From Fibrobacteria bacterium (GTDB taxonomy: Bacteria; Fibrobacterota; Fibrobacteria; UBA11236): DNA of 32,265 nt. The notes beneath the pieces are model-generated. The model was given only the letters and a program-made list of their open reading frames with translations, had not been told where the DNA came from and did not search any database. Below are positions 21,941 to 29,994 of the stretch, piece after piece (within the stretch, counting starts at the first letter, position 1; the number at the start of each line of letters is the position of its first letter). Both the position numbers and the translations under genes were made by a program. The stretch covers positions 1-32,265 of the forward strand of contig JAYTHY010000071.1 in NCBI GenBank assembly GCA_043732185.1, in the 5' to 3' direction.

Positions 21941-22567
21941 AAAATAATTGTGAATCCAAACAAGCCGTTCAGTACCTATAAGAATGTCGCAATAGGAGGG
22001 ACTGCAACGCAAAGCTCTCTTGCCTATGCCGGCACCCCGGATCGCGCCATCGACGGGATTACCAATGGCAATTATTCCAGCAACTCTGTTACCCACACGG
22101 ACAGTACGGCAGGAGCATGGTGGATGGTGGATCTTCTGAATGACTATGCCATCAACTTTGTCAATGTTTTCAATCGAAGTGATTACATGGATAGATTGAG
22201 CGACTTCAATGTCATTTTGTTGGACAACAACCAAACTCCGGTGTGGACGAGCCATCAGACCAGCGCTCCCAATCCAAATACCCTCATCGATGCGGGAGGT
22301 AGAACAGCGCGCTTTGTGAAGGTGGAATTGACGGGATCCAACTATCTCAGCCTCGCTGAAGTCCAGGTGCTGATAAATATTCCAACAACTATTCGCGGCA
22401 AAAGCGCGTTGACTCGAAATAAAACTGCCTCGGGTGCTCGATTGAGCCGTAATCCTACGCCCATATTTAGGAAGGCTGAATCTAATCAGATTTTTGATCT
22501 TTCTGGCGGAAGGGTGCGCAGCAGAATCGTAAGTGAAAAAGACCTGGCACCAAATAAAGCCAAGTAG
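20705..22567 (+). CDS. Secreted GH29 alpha-L-fucosidase (copy 2) with an F-type lectin/discoidin-like domain
   Basis: ATG 20705 with AAAGGA RBS (not GTG 20645); same GH29 motifs; extra domain NVAIGGTATQSS...RAIDG...THT...WWMVDL...NRSD...LSLAEVQV. Confidence 0.95.
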   Translation: MKRSIRSALHFGLLGRVSAIGLLLSAFTLHAQNHPQDTTHAQQLAWWKNQRFGMFIHWGPVSQRGQEISWTRGNGIPTAEYDSLYKTFNPTGYNAGEWVRIAKGAGMKYMVLVAKHHDGFCEFSTTQTSYNIMSPNSPFRRDIVKELADSAHQMGMGLGLYYSPTDWFVKSRDDATPYTSQYLTQYTNQVVDELLTNYGRIETIWWDLSPIGANPQALLQRMQQKQPWILVNNRGDHASIGDYSTPEQTIGAFDTLHAWESCMTIDGKDQWAWNPTGGVKPLRALIDMIVGTADGGGNCLLNVGPRPDGIIDPLQVGRLKEVGQWMDKYGESIYGTTGGYIVSGNWGGSTHKGDTVYLHLKKFNGTVTIPPLSSTIVSTTSLTGGTPVVEQSQFNIKITLPLQNIDSLYTVLKIIVNPNKPFSTYKNVAIGGTATQSSLAYAGTPDRAIDGITNGNYSSNSVTHTDSTAGAWWMVDLLNDYAINFVNVFNRSDYMDRLSDFNVILLDNNQTPVWTSHQTSAPNPNTLIDAGGRTARFVKVELTGSNYLSLAEVQVLINIPTTIRGKSALTRNKTASGARLSRNPTPIFRKAESNQIFDLSGGRVRSRIVSEKDLAPNKAK

Positions 22568-22633
22568 AACAAGTTAGAGCGGGCTATAGCCATGGCGAAC
22601 CAGGTGGAGTCGGGAAGATCCAAACAGAAAGAG

Positions 22634-24430
22634 ATGAAAATGTTTTCATTATTATTGGTAATTGTATTTGCCCTTTCCACCCAAGTTCTTGGTGAAACCA
22701 AAAGAGAAACGGAAATGCGTACCAAAGCGTGGCAGGATGCACGGTTTGGTATGTTCATTCATTGGGATGTATCCAGCCTGTACAATAATGGTCAAGGCGG
22801 GGAAATTAGCTGGGTGCGTCCTGGTAAGAAACCTCTGGATGTCTATGGAGATCCTGTTGGAGCTGATTTTGTGCCTGCCTATGACACATTGTACAGAAAA
22901 TTCAATCCCACCAAATTCAACGCCACGCAATTTGTCCAAATTGCAAAAAATGCTGGAATCAGATATATGGTTCCAACTGCCAAGCACCATGATGGTTTTG
23001 CCATGTGGTTTACCAAACAGAAAAACAGCCGCGACCCAGCTCCCTATAGCCTGGAACTGACACCCTGGAAACAAGATTATATAAAACTGCTTTCCGATGC
23101 ATGCCATGCGGCCGCTATGCCGATAGGCATTTACTATTCCCCGCGGGATTGGTATAACCCGGACTATGGCGTCGGAAGCAATTCCATCTACGAAGCATTT
23201 ATGCAAGGCCAAATCCGCGAACTGTTGACCAACTATGGAAAAATCAACCTGATGTGGTGGGACAGTTATGGGAATGGAGATGCTCTTGCTTATTGGCATG
23301 CAGATGCAATGGCCAATTTGGTCAAACAATTGAATCCAACCGGATTAAATAACAACCGTCTCAATTATTTTGGTGAGTCTGTAAAATACGCTCAATTGAC
23401 GGGCGACTACGACACTCCCGAACAAACCAATACGTATACCGGCACCCGAATCTGGGAGTCGTGCATGACCATGAATGGTACTTGGGGCTTCTTGGCATCT
23501 GACCATGCGTGGAAGTCGACTAAAACTCTCATCACACTCTTGATCCAATGTGCAGTCAATAACGGCAACTTTTTGCTCAATGTAGGGCCAACCTCGGAAG
23601 GCATCATTCCTCAACCGGCAGTGGATACACTGGCTAAAATCGGTCTTTGGACCAGTAAGTACGGGGAAAGTTTTTACGGCACGCGAGGTGGACCCATTCG
23701 GCCTAGTTACTGGGGGGGGACGACATGCAAAGGAAATACCATCTACGTTCACCTTCTGGTTTGGTCTGGAACAATTACACTGCCAGCCATCCCGCAAAAA
23801 GTTCTTTCCAGCCGCAGTTTGAATGGCGGTATTCCAACGGTTACGCAAACCGCTGGTGCAATCACCCTATCCCTTCCATCTGCCAATCTGGATCCCATTG
23901 ATAATATTATCGCACTGGAAATGGACGATGTCATTTACGATACAATACCTGTTTTTAATGACGACGAGCCGTCTTTTAAGTTCACGGGGACTTGGAAATA
24001 CGACAGCACAAAAACGAGCCTCGAATATTATCGCGATACCCATGAAACGACCGTAAACGGGAGCTTTTTCGAATTTACCTTCACTGGGACAAATGTTGAA
24101 TTTTTGACGACGAAAAGTCCCGGAGGCGGACCCGTCGAAATCTACATCGACGGGGTATTGAAAGCGACGCCGAGCCTGACTTCCGACATTACGATGACAA
24201 AGCAAAGCGCCTTCAAAGCGACTGCCTTGGCACCCGGCACCCACGTTCTGAAGGGGGTAAAAATGGGTGGAACAACGCTGACTGTCGATGCCGTCCGTGT
24301 CAGTGAGAATACAGTTTCAGTGCAATTTCCGAATAAGAAAAAGCTCACAAGTAGCAGCAGTCTCAAATCCAAACGGGCCGATTTATTCCGGATAGATGGT
24401 AAAAAGAAGCAATTTAATCTCCAAAAGTAG
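22634..24430 (+). CDS. Secreted GH29 alpha-L-fucosidase (divergent copy 3) with a C-terminal beta-sandwich module
   Basis: Signal MKMFSLLLVIVFALSTQVLG from ATG 22634; RFGMFIHW, AKHHDGF, IYYS, MWWD, WESCMT, LLNVGP; extra domain at about 23953-24300. Confidence 0.93.
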   Translation: MKMFSLLLVIVFALSTQVLGETKRETEMRTKAWQDARFGMFIHWDVSSLYNNGQGGEISWVRPGKKPLDVYGDPVGADFVPAYDTLYRKFNPTKFNATQFVQIAKNAGIRYMVPTAKHHDGFAMWFTKQKNSRDPAPYSLELTPWKQDYIKLLSDACHAAAMPIGIYYSPRDWYNPDYGVGSNSIYEAFMQGQIRELLTNYGKINLMWWDSYGNGDALAYWHADAMANLVKQLNPTGLNNNRLNYFGESVKYAQLTGDYDTPEQTNTYTGTRIWESCMTMNGTWGFLASDHAWKSTKTLITLLIQCAVNNGNFLLNVGPTSEGIIPQPAVDTLAKIGLWTSKYGESFYGTRGGPIRPSYWGGTTCKGNTIYVHLLVWSGTITLPAIPQKVLSSRSLNGGIPTVTQTAGAITLSLPSANLDPIDNIIALEMDDVIYDTIPVFNDDEPSFKFTGTWKYDSTKTSLEYYRDTHETTVNGSFFEFTFTGTNVEFLTTKSPGGGPVEIYIDGVLKATPSLTSDITMTKQSAFKATALAPGTHVLKGVKMGGTTLTVDAVRVSENTVSVQFPNKKKLTSSSSLKSKRADLFRIDGKKKQFNLQK

Positions 24431-24437
24431 CACCGTT

Positions 24438-24464
24438 CCCTGTCTTTTCAGGGTTGCTTTTTTT
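24438..24464 (+). terminator. Probable intrinsic terminator after the GH29 array
   Basis: CCCTG-tctttt-CAGGG hairpin followed by TTGC and T7, 7 nt after the stop codon; the stem is short. Confidence 0.5.
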
Positions 24465-24502
24465 ACATTCTTCCCGTTGTGGAGACGGGAAGGCTTTAAT
24501 CG

Positions 24503-25117
24503 ATGGCGAAATTTGTGGATTCCATGCCCAACTCTCGAAGCTACATGCTCGAAAAATTTGCCCTGGGTGCCAAGAACTATTGGATGGCTTTCATTGCTGA
24601 TAGCTTAACGGCCATCTTTTTCATAGGTTGGCAATTCCTGGATCAGCCTCGGCATCCTGCGACGGTCCTTCTATCCTTGTTTGGTGGTTATTTTAGTTGG
24701 ACCTTGACGGAGTACATCTTTCATCGCTGGGTCTATCATCAGGAAAAAGGGATTTTTGGGGAAGGCCACCGTATTCACCATACAGAGGCCAAGACCCTTA
24801 TCGCCATGCCCTGGTTTCTGACCACCCTTACCATGTTTGCCCTTTGGCATTATGTTTCCCGAGTTTTAGGGATTCCATTTTTCGCTGGAGTTCTGGCTGG
24901 CTGGTTGGCCGGCTTTGTTTTTTACTCCATGGTTCATCACAGCCACCATCATTGGAGCTTCAAGTTCATTTGGTTCCGAAAGCTTAAAGCCTATCATCGC
25001 ATCCATCATCATTTTCCCGCATACAACTATGGAGTGACCATGCGGTTTTGGGACATCGCATTTGGTACGCGCTATCAAAAAAATAAAGTGGAACAAAGCG
25101 AACCTCAAATTTCTTAA
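24503..25117 (+). CDS. Fatty acid hydroxylase / sterol desaturase family membrane protein
   Basis: Four His boxes (EYIFHRWVYH, HRIHH, HHSHHH, HRIHHH), NYGVT...WDIAFGT, several TM segments. Confidence 0.92.
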   Translation: MAKFVDSMPNSRSYMLEKFALGAKNYWMAFIADSLTAIFFIGWQFLDQPRHPATVLLSLFGGYFSWTLTEYIFHRWVYHQEKGIFGEGHRIHHTEAKTLIAMPWFLTTLTMFALWHYVSRVLGIPFFAGVLAGWLAGFVFYSMVHHSHHHWSFKFIWFRKLKAYHRIHHHFPAYNYGVTMRFWDIAFGTRYQKNKVEQSEPQIS

Positions 25118-25134
25118 TTCGAATAACGTCAAGG

Positions 25135-26049
25135 TTGCTAAAATCGACGCCAAGAGGAAATAATAATCCTGTGCGCGAATTATCGTTGACGGCAAAGCTA
25201 TTCTTTCGCGCCATCCTGATTACTGGGGCCTTGGTACTTTCCGTTTCAGCATTAGGTATGGTAGATCCAGATCAAAATTTTGCTTTTGTCGAATTCGAAC
25301 CTTATCCTGCCTTCCAGGCTCAACCTCAAATAGCGCCCAGTCAGCCGAAGTTTTGGAGAATGGCCGGTCAGCTGACCTTTCCCGCCGGCAAGATCGATGG
25401 GCATCAGCTTTTCGGCTCAGCCAAATCGACATTCATTGACCGGGATATCATTTACAATGGTAATGTGCTCAATGACGGCATTCTTAAACGCTTCTGGCTA
25501 AGCGGGGGAGCCGTAGTAATGGATTCGCCTAGACAAAGCGCTGTAGCGATGGGAGGCTTAGGCGTGAATAGCGACTTTGCGGATCTGGGCTTATTGGATT
25601 TCAACACCGAATGGATTTATATCCATTCGTTCAAGGTCAACGCAACATTTAATTGGGGACTGGGGGTGGATATTCAACAGTACTTCCATAAGTTCCAGCC
25701 TTTCCCGCTGATTTTCGTAGACTGGAAAATTTCGGATAGGACCAGACTCAAGTGGGATGCGGATTTCATTGAGATGCGCCGATTCTTTTCCACGCGCCTA
25801 TGCCTAACTGCGGGAGTGCGTTTCAACCGCGAGTTCTTTGCCCTAAAGCAAGATGCCGACTATGAATACAACAGTATGGGATTGGAAACGGGAATGCAAA
25901 TCGCCTTAGGTGGAAATTGTTACCTGCGTCTTAAATATAAGGAACTGGTTTGGGGCCGGGAAACTTTAGGCTTGGTCGATGGCACGCAGCATACGCACGC
26001 TTTAGACACCGGACGCAGCCTGCGCTTGAATGTCGCTTACGGGATTTGA
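25135..26049 (+). CDS. Putative outer-membrane beta-barrel protein (DUF6268-like)
   Basis: N-terminal signal-like hydrophobic stretch; amphipathic strands; PFPLIFVDWK; terminal strand LRLNVAYGI; start codon uncertain. Confidence 0.6.
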   Translation: MLKSTPRGNNNPVRELSLTAKLFFRAILITGALVLSVSALGMVDPDQNFAFVEFEPYPAFQAQPQIAPSQPKFWRMAGQLTFPAGKIDGHQLFGSAKSTFIDRDIIYNGNVLNDGILKRFWLSGGAVVMDSPRQSAVAMGGLGVNSDFADLGLLDFNTEWIYIHSFKVNATFNWGLGVDIQQYFHKFQPFPLIFVDWKISDRTRLKWDADFIEMRRFFSTRLCLTAGVRFNREFFALKQDADYEYNSMGLETGMQIALGGNCYLRLKYKELVWGRETLGLVDGTQHTHALDTGRSLRLNVAYGI

Positions 26050-26058
26050 ATCTGTATT

Positions 26059-26592
26059 GTGCATCCAATGCCAAGCAGCCTAATTCAAAAATCGCATTTC
26101 GCATTGGGCCGCCTTTCCGTTTACCATGCCATGCTGTTTGGATTGTGTCTTTGGGCTTGTCGTGAGAATCCTATTTCGACCCCGTTGGTTCCGGATGAAG
26201 GTTTATTGATACTGGATTCCGGCTATGTTATCGATGCCTTTCCATTTGATTCCGCCGCCTGCGTGGAGACGAACGCGGGAGGATTCGCTGCGGCGGACAG
26301 TATTCCTGCCGGGACCTTGGCTTTAGTCAAAGTCGTTTCCACGGCTTGCTACCGAGTGCATGTCAAAGTAGAGGATTCCGCCTCCCGCACAGTGCGCAGC
26401 TTTGATCGGCAATTTTTGATAGTCGGCCGACACAATGGTGATAAGAACCGTGGGGTGGAAGGCTATATTGCGTGGGATGGACGAGACGATTTGGGCCAGC
26501 CGGTTCCTATTGCGCGTTATCTTTGGCGGATGGAATTTGATTTTGGCAGCGGACATTTACGCAAAGTGCGCGCCGATATCCGACTGGATTGA
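26059..26592 (+). CDS. Hypothetical lipoprotein with an FlgD-Ig-like C-terminal domain
   Basis: Lipobox LWAC; VKVEDSASRTVR...IAWDGRDDLGQPVPIARY; may start at ATG 26068. Confidence 0.65.
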   Translation: MHPMPSSLIQKSHFALGRLSVYHAMLFGLCLWACRENPISTPLVPDEGLLILDSGYVIDAFPFDSAACVETNAGGFAAADSIPAGTLALVKVVSTACYRVHVKVEDSASRTVRSFDRQFLIVGRHNGDKNRGVEGYIAWDGRDDLGQPVPIARYLWRMEFDFGSGHLRKVRADIRLD

Positions 26593-26595
26593 AAT

Positions 26596-29040
26596 CTATG
26601 GGTCCGATTGGATTGAATCGGCCTCAATATCAACCAGGGCACTGGGGAATATTACATGAAAGGTGCTGCCCTGACCTAACTCACTTTCTACCCACACCTT
26701 GCCGCCTTGGAGCTCCACAAGTTTTTTGACGATGACTAAACCTAAACCGGTACCGGAATAGCGCCGCGACGTTCCGGAATCGAGTTGCTTAAACTGATAA
26801 AACAGTCTGGGAATATCACTAGCCGCAATGCCAATGCCGTTATCAACTACACGGAGGTGGATCCCGCCCTGTAGGTCCGGTTCTACTGAGATGCGAACAA
26901 TCCCATTTTGTTTTGAAAACTTAAGCGCATTGGAAATGAGATTGAATAAAATTTGCCGGAACTTTTTGCTATCCATCCGGACGTTTTTTACCAAATCGTC
27001 CACGGTAAGACGCAGTTCGATTTGCTTTTCAATTGTCAGGGGGACGAGTATTTCATGAACTTCACGAATGGAGGCTTCCACTTGGAAGATTTCCGGAACC
27101 AATTGCAATTTCCCCGCTTCGATTTTCGAAAGATCAAGGACATCGGTTATCATGCGGAGAAGGTCCATACCTGATTTAAAAATGTCTCCCAAGTATTCGG
27201 ATTGTTTGCTTTGTAGCGACCCGACTTTGCCATCCAGGAGCAACTGGGAAAAGCCGATGATGACATTCAGCGGGGTTCGCAGCTCATGCGAAAGGTTCGC
27301 CAGAAATTCACTTTTCATCCGACTGGATTCCAGTATATTCCGATTTTCTTCAATCAGTTCCATATTTTTCTTGCTTATTTTTTCCTGTTGGAATTTTTCC
27401 AATGCCAGGTTAGCCAAACCGGCAGCTGTTTCTAATAACACTTTATCGAAGCTTGAAGCATATTCGATTTCGGAATGATAACTTGTAACGGTTCCGATTG
27501 TCTTCCCATTGGAATCCAAAATTGGACAGGAGAATGGGTGATGCGATTCCAATGATTTCTTTTCAGCTAACGAAAGGCTAGGCGCAAATACTGAAACCGG
27601 TTTTCCGGTTTCTAAATCGTACAAAAGAATACTGCACCGTGATGCGCTACTCGCCATCTCAACATTACGAACCAGAAAATCCAGAATGTGTTCGAGTGGT
27701 TCTCCAGCCGCTACCATTCCCAAGGTATCTTTTTGGTAAGCAAGCAGAATTTCCGCATGCTTTCTTTCGGTTACATCTGTCACAGTTCCTAAAAAGCCAA
27801 TAAGTGAGCCCTGTGGGTTGAATTCAGGATGCGAAACACCAAGCAACCAAAGTGTGTTGCCATCCGGCTTTTGAATACGGAATTCCACCTTCAAGGGTTG
27901 AACTTTATGATGTGCATCTTTCCAAGCGGCCCTTACCCAATCAGCGTCTTTGGGATGCAGGCCAATACCGCCGGTGCCATTTTCCAATTCAGTGGATGAG
28001 CGACCTACTATGCCGGTGAAATGCTCATTTACATAATTGATTTTTCCATCGGTATCTGTCCGGAAAAGCCCAATGGGCGATAGGGTTGCTAGGGTTCTAT
28101 AACGCTCCTCACTATGAATAAGCGCTGCATCTCTTAGCTTTCTTTCGGAAATATCACGAATAATGGCCAGGGCCGCTACTTTGCCTTTCCAGGGGAATGG
28201 CATGGCCCTAGATTCCGCGTCTAGAATGCTTCCGTCCTTTCGCAAAAATTTTAACTCAAGGGGAGGGACAACCTTCCCGGCTCGCAGCTGAAAAATTCTG
28301 TCGATCACCGCAGCGTGAGAATCTTGGTGAAAGAAATCGAGCAGAGGCCGCCCTAGTACCTCGGAAGTTGATTTGGCTCCATAAAAATCGATTCCCGCCT
28401 GGTTGATGAATTCAAGTTTACCTTCATAAGAAACAGCAATGACATCCGGGGAAAGCTGTACCAAGCCTCGGTACCGCTCCTCACTTTCCATGATGTTAAC
28501 GGTTTCCGATTGCCGTGCAATAACCAAGCTGGCCAGTCGTGCCGAGCGATCCATCAGGACAATGTCTTCAGCCTGCGCAACTCGGGGAGTTGGAAAATAA
28601 AATGCGAATGTGCCCCAGAGACGCTGGTTCAAATCGATTATCGGGACGGACCAGCAGGCCTGCAGGCCGTGCTCTAATGCCAAGTCTTTGAAGTTTTGCC
28701 AGAGTGGATCATGGGCTATGTCCGCCACAAGGGTCGGCTGGCCGGTAAAGGCAGCTGTCCCGCAAGACCCAACCAGCGGTCCTATTTCCACACCATCGAT
28801 AGCCTGGCAGTACGCAGGTGGAAGGTTAGGGGCCGCGCCGTGATTAAGGTGCTTGCCTGTCTTATCCAAAAGCAAAATGGAGCCTACCATTTCTGGATAT
28901 AATGCTTCAAAAAGCAGGACAAGGCGCGTTAGAATATCAGGTAGAGCCCGAGGAGCCGCGAGGTATTCCCAAAGTTTTAGCTCCAGATCGCTCTGGATTT
29001 CCAAAAATTTTGTGCGGTCTCTGAGGCTGGGAGTCGTCAT
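26596..29040 (-). CDS. Cytoplasmic sensor histidine kinase (GAF-PAS-PAS-degenerate GAF-HisKA-HATPase)
   Basis: GAF GSCGTAAF...ACWSVPI; two PAS/PAC units (SEERYR..., RDISERK, TDVTERK); FLANLSHELRTPLN; NLISNALKF, DNGIGI, GTGLGL; no TM segment seen. Confidence 0.95.
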   Translation of the reverse strand: MTTPSLRDRTKFLEIQSDLELKLWEYLAAPRALPDILTRLVLLFEALYPEMVGSILLLDKTGKHLNHGAAPNLPPAYCQAIDGVEIGPLVGSCGTAAFTGQPTLVADIAHDPLWQNFKDLALEHGLQACWSVPIIDLNQRLWGTFAFYFPTPRVAQAEDIVLMDRSARLASLVIARQSETVNIMESEERYRGLVQLSPDVIAVSYEGKLEFINQAGIDFYGAKSTSEVLGRPLLDFFHQDSHAAVIDRIFQLRAGKVVPPLELKFLRKDGSILDAESRAMPFPWKGKVAALAIIRDISERKLRDAALIHSEERYRTLATLSPIGLFRTDTDGKINYVNEHFTGIVGRSSTELENGTGGIGLHPKDADWVRAAWKDAHHKVQPLKVEFRIQKPDGNTLWLLGVSHPEFNPQGSLIGFLGTVTDVTERKHAEILLAYQKDTLGMVAAGEPLEHILDFLVRNVEMASSASRCSILLYDLETGKPVSVFAPSLSLAEKKSLESHHPFSCPILDSNGKTIGTVTSYHSEIEYASSFDKVLLETAAGLANLALEKFQQEKISKKNMELIEENRNILESSRMKSEFLANLSHELRTPLNVIIGFSQLLLDGKVGSLQSKQSEYLGDIFKSGMDLLRMITDVLDLSKIEAGKLQLVPEIFQVEASIREVHEILVPLTIEKQIELRLTVDDLVKNVRMDSKKFRQILFNLISNALKFSKQNGIVRISVEPDLQGGIHLRVVDNGIGIAASDIPRLFYQFKQLDSGTSRRYSGTGLGLVIVKKLVELQGGKVWVESELGQGSTFHVIFPSALVDIEADSIQSDP

Positions 29041-29052
29041 GGCATGACGGTC

Positions 29053-29817
29053 TCAATTTTCGAATCGATAACCCAAGCCTGGAACGTTCACGATCTTTTT
29101 AGCGAGATCCGGACCCAACTTGCTCCGAAGTGAGGACACATGAACTTTGACGGTATGGGAATCCACAGGAGCGGAAGCGCCATATCCCCAAACCGTATGG
29201 TACAGCTGGGTAGTATAAATGACCTGACCGCGTTCGCGGAGTAGGGCATTGAGCAAATCGAATTCCTTACGTGTCAAAGCGACAGGCTGATCCTTAACAA
29301 AAACTTTTCTGGATTTAACATCCAGGGCAAGGCCTTCTGCCTTGAGAACATCCGCGAGCTCTTCGGCGGAAGCGTAACGGCGCAACACCGCACGCACCTT
29401 GGCTACCAAAAGTTCATTGGAAATGGGTTTCAAGAGGTAGTCATCGGCACCTTCTTCAAAGCCTTGCAGTTGGAACTCTTCATCCGTTTGTGCGCCAGAA
29501 AGGAGAATGATGGGAAGCGAGGTGGTATAGGGTTGATCTTTTAATTTTTGGCAAAGCTCGATGCCGTTGATTTCGCCCAAGTCTACATCCATCAGGATGA
29601 GGTCAGGTTGATGGGTCTTGGCCAGGCTGAGCGTGTCTTTGGGGTCTTCCGCAGCTACTACTGTAAAATCTTCCTTTTCAAATACGGCGGTTACCATTTT
29701 CCGAAAGCTGGGATTGTCTTCGACGATCAATATCTTTATGGCTGGTCGCATCGGTTTCGAGGAACTGTCTGACCTGGTTGCAGTAGATGTCACAATAATT
29801 CCTTTTCCATTCAACAC
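29053..29817 (-). CDS. OmpR/PhoB-family DNA-binding response regulator
   Basis: ILIVEDN, PDLILMD, GADDYLLKP; winged helix LTRKEFDLL...HTVKVHVSSLRSKL...GLGYRF; true start may be ATG 29751. Confidence 0.95.
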   Translation of the reverse strand: MLNGKGIIVTSTATRSDSSSKPMRPAIKILIVEDNPSFRKMVTAVFEKEDFTVVAAEDPKDTLSLAKTHQPDLILMDVDLGEINGIELCQKLKDQPYTTSLPIILLSGAQTDEEFQLQGFEEGADDYLLKPISNELLVAKVRAVLRRYASAEELADVLKAEGLALDVKSRKVFVKDQPVALTRKEFDLLNALLRERGQVIYTTQLYHTVWGYGASAPVDSHTVKVHVSSLRSKLGPDLAKKIVNVPGLGYRFEN

Positions 29818-29994
29818 TTAAGACATTAACTTCCGGCCATTAGTCCGGGTATGACCTATGCCGTATGTGTTCAAATTTAGTAGTTGATCGGCTCAGATAC
29901 CATGCCATTTTTCCAAAAAGTACGGCTAAAGTCAATATCGGTGTCCTAAAAGAGTCCCAACTATTTTTTTCGGCTTCAGTAAAGCCCCATTTGT

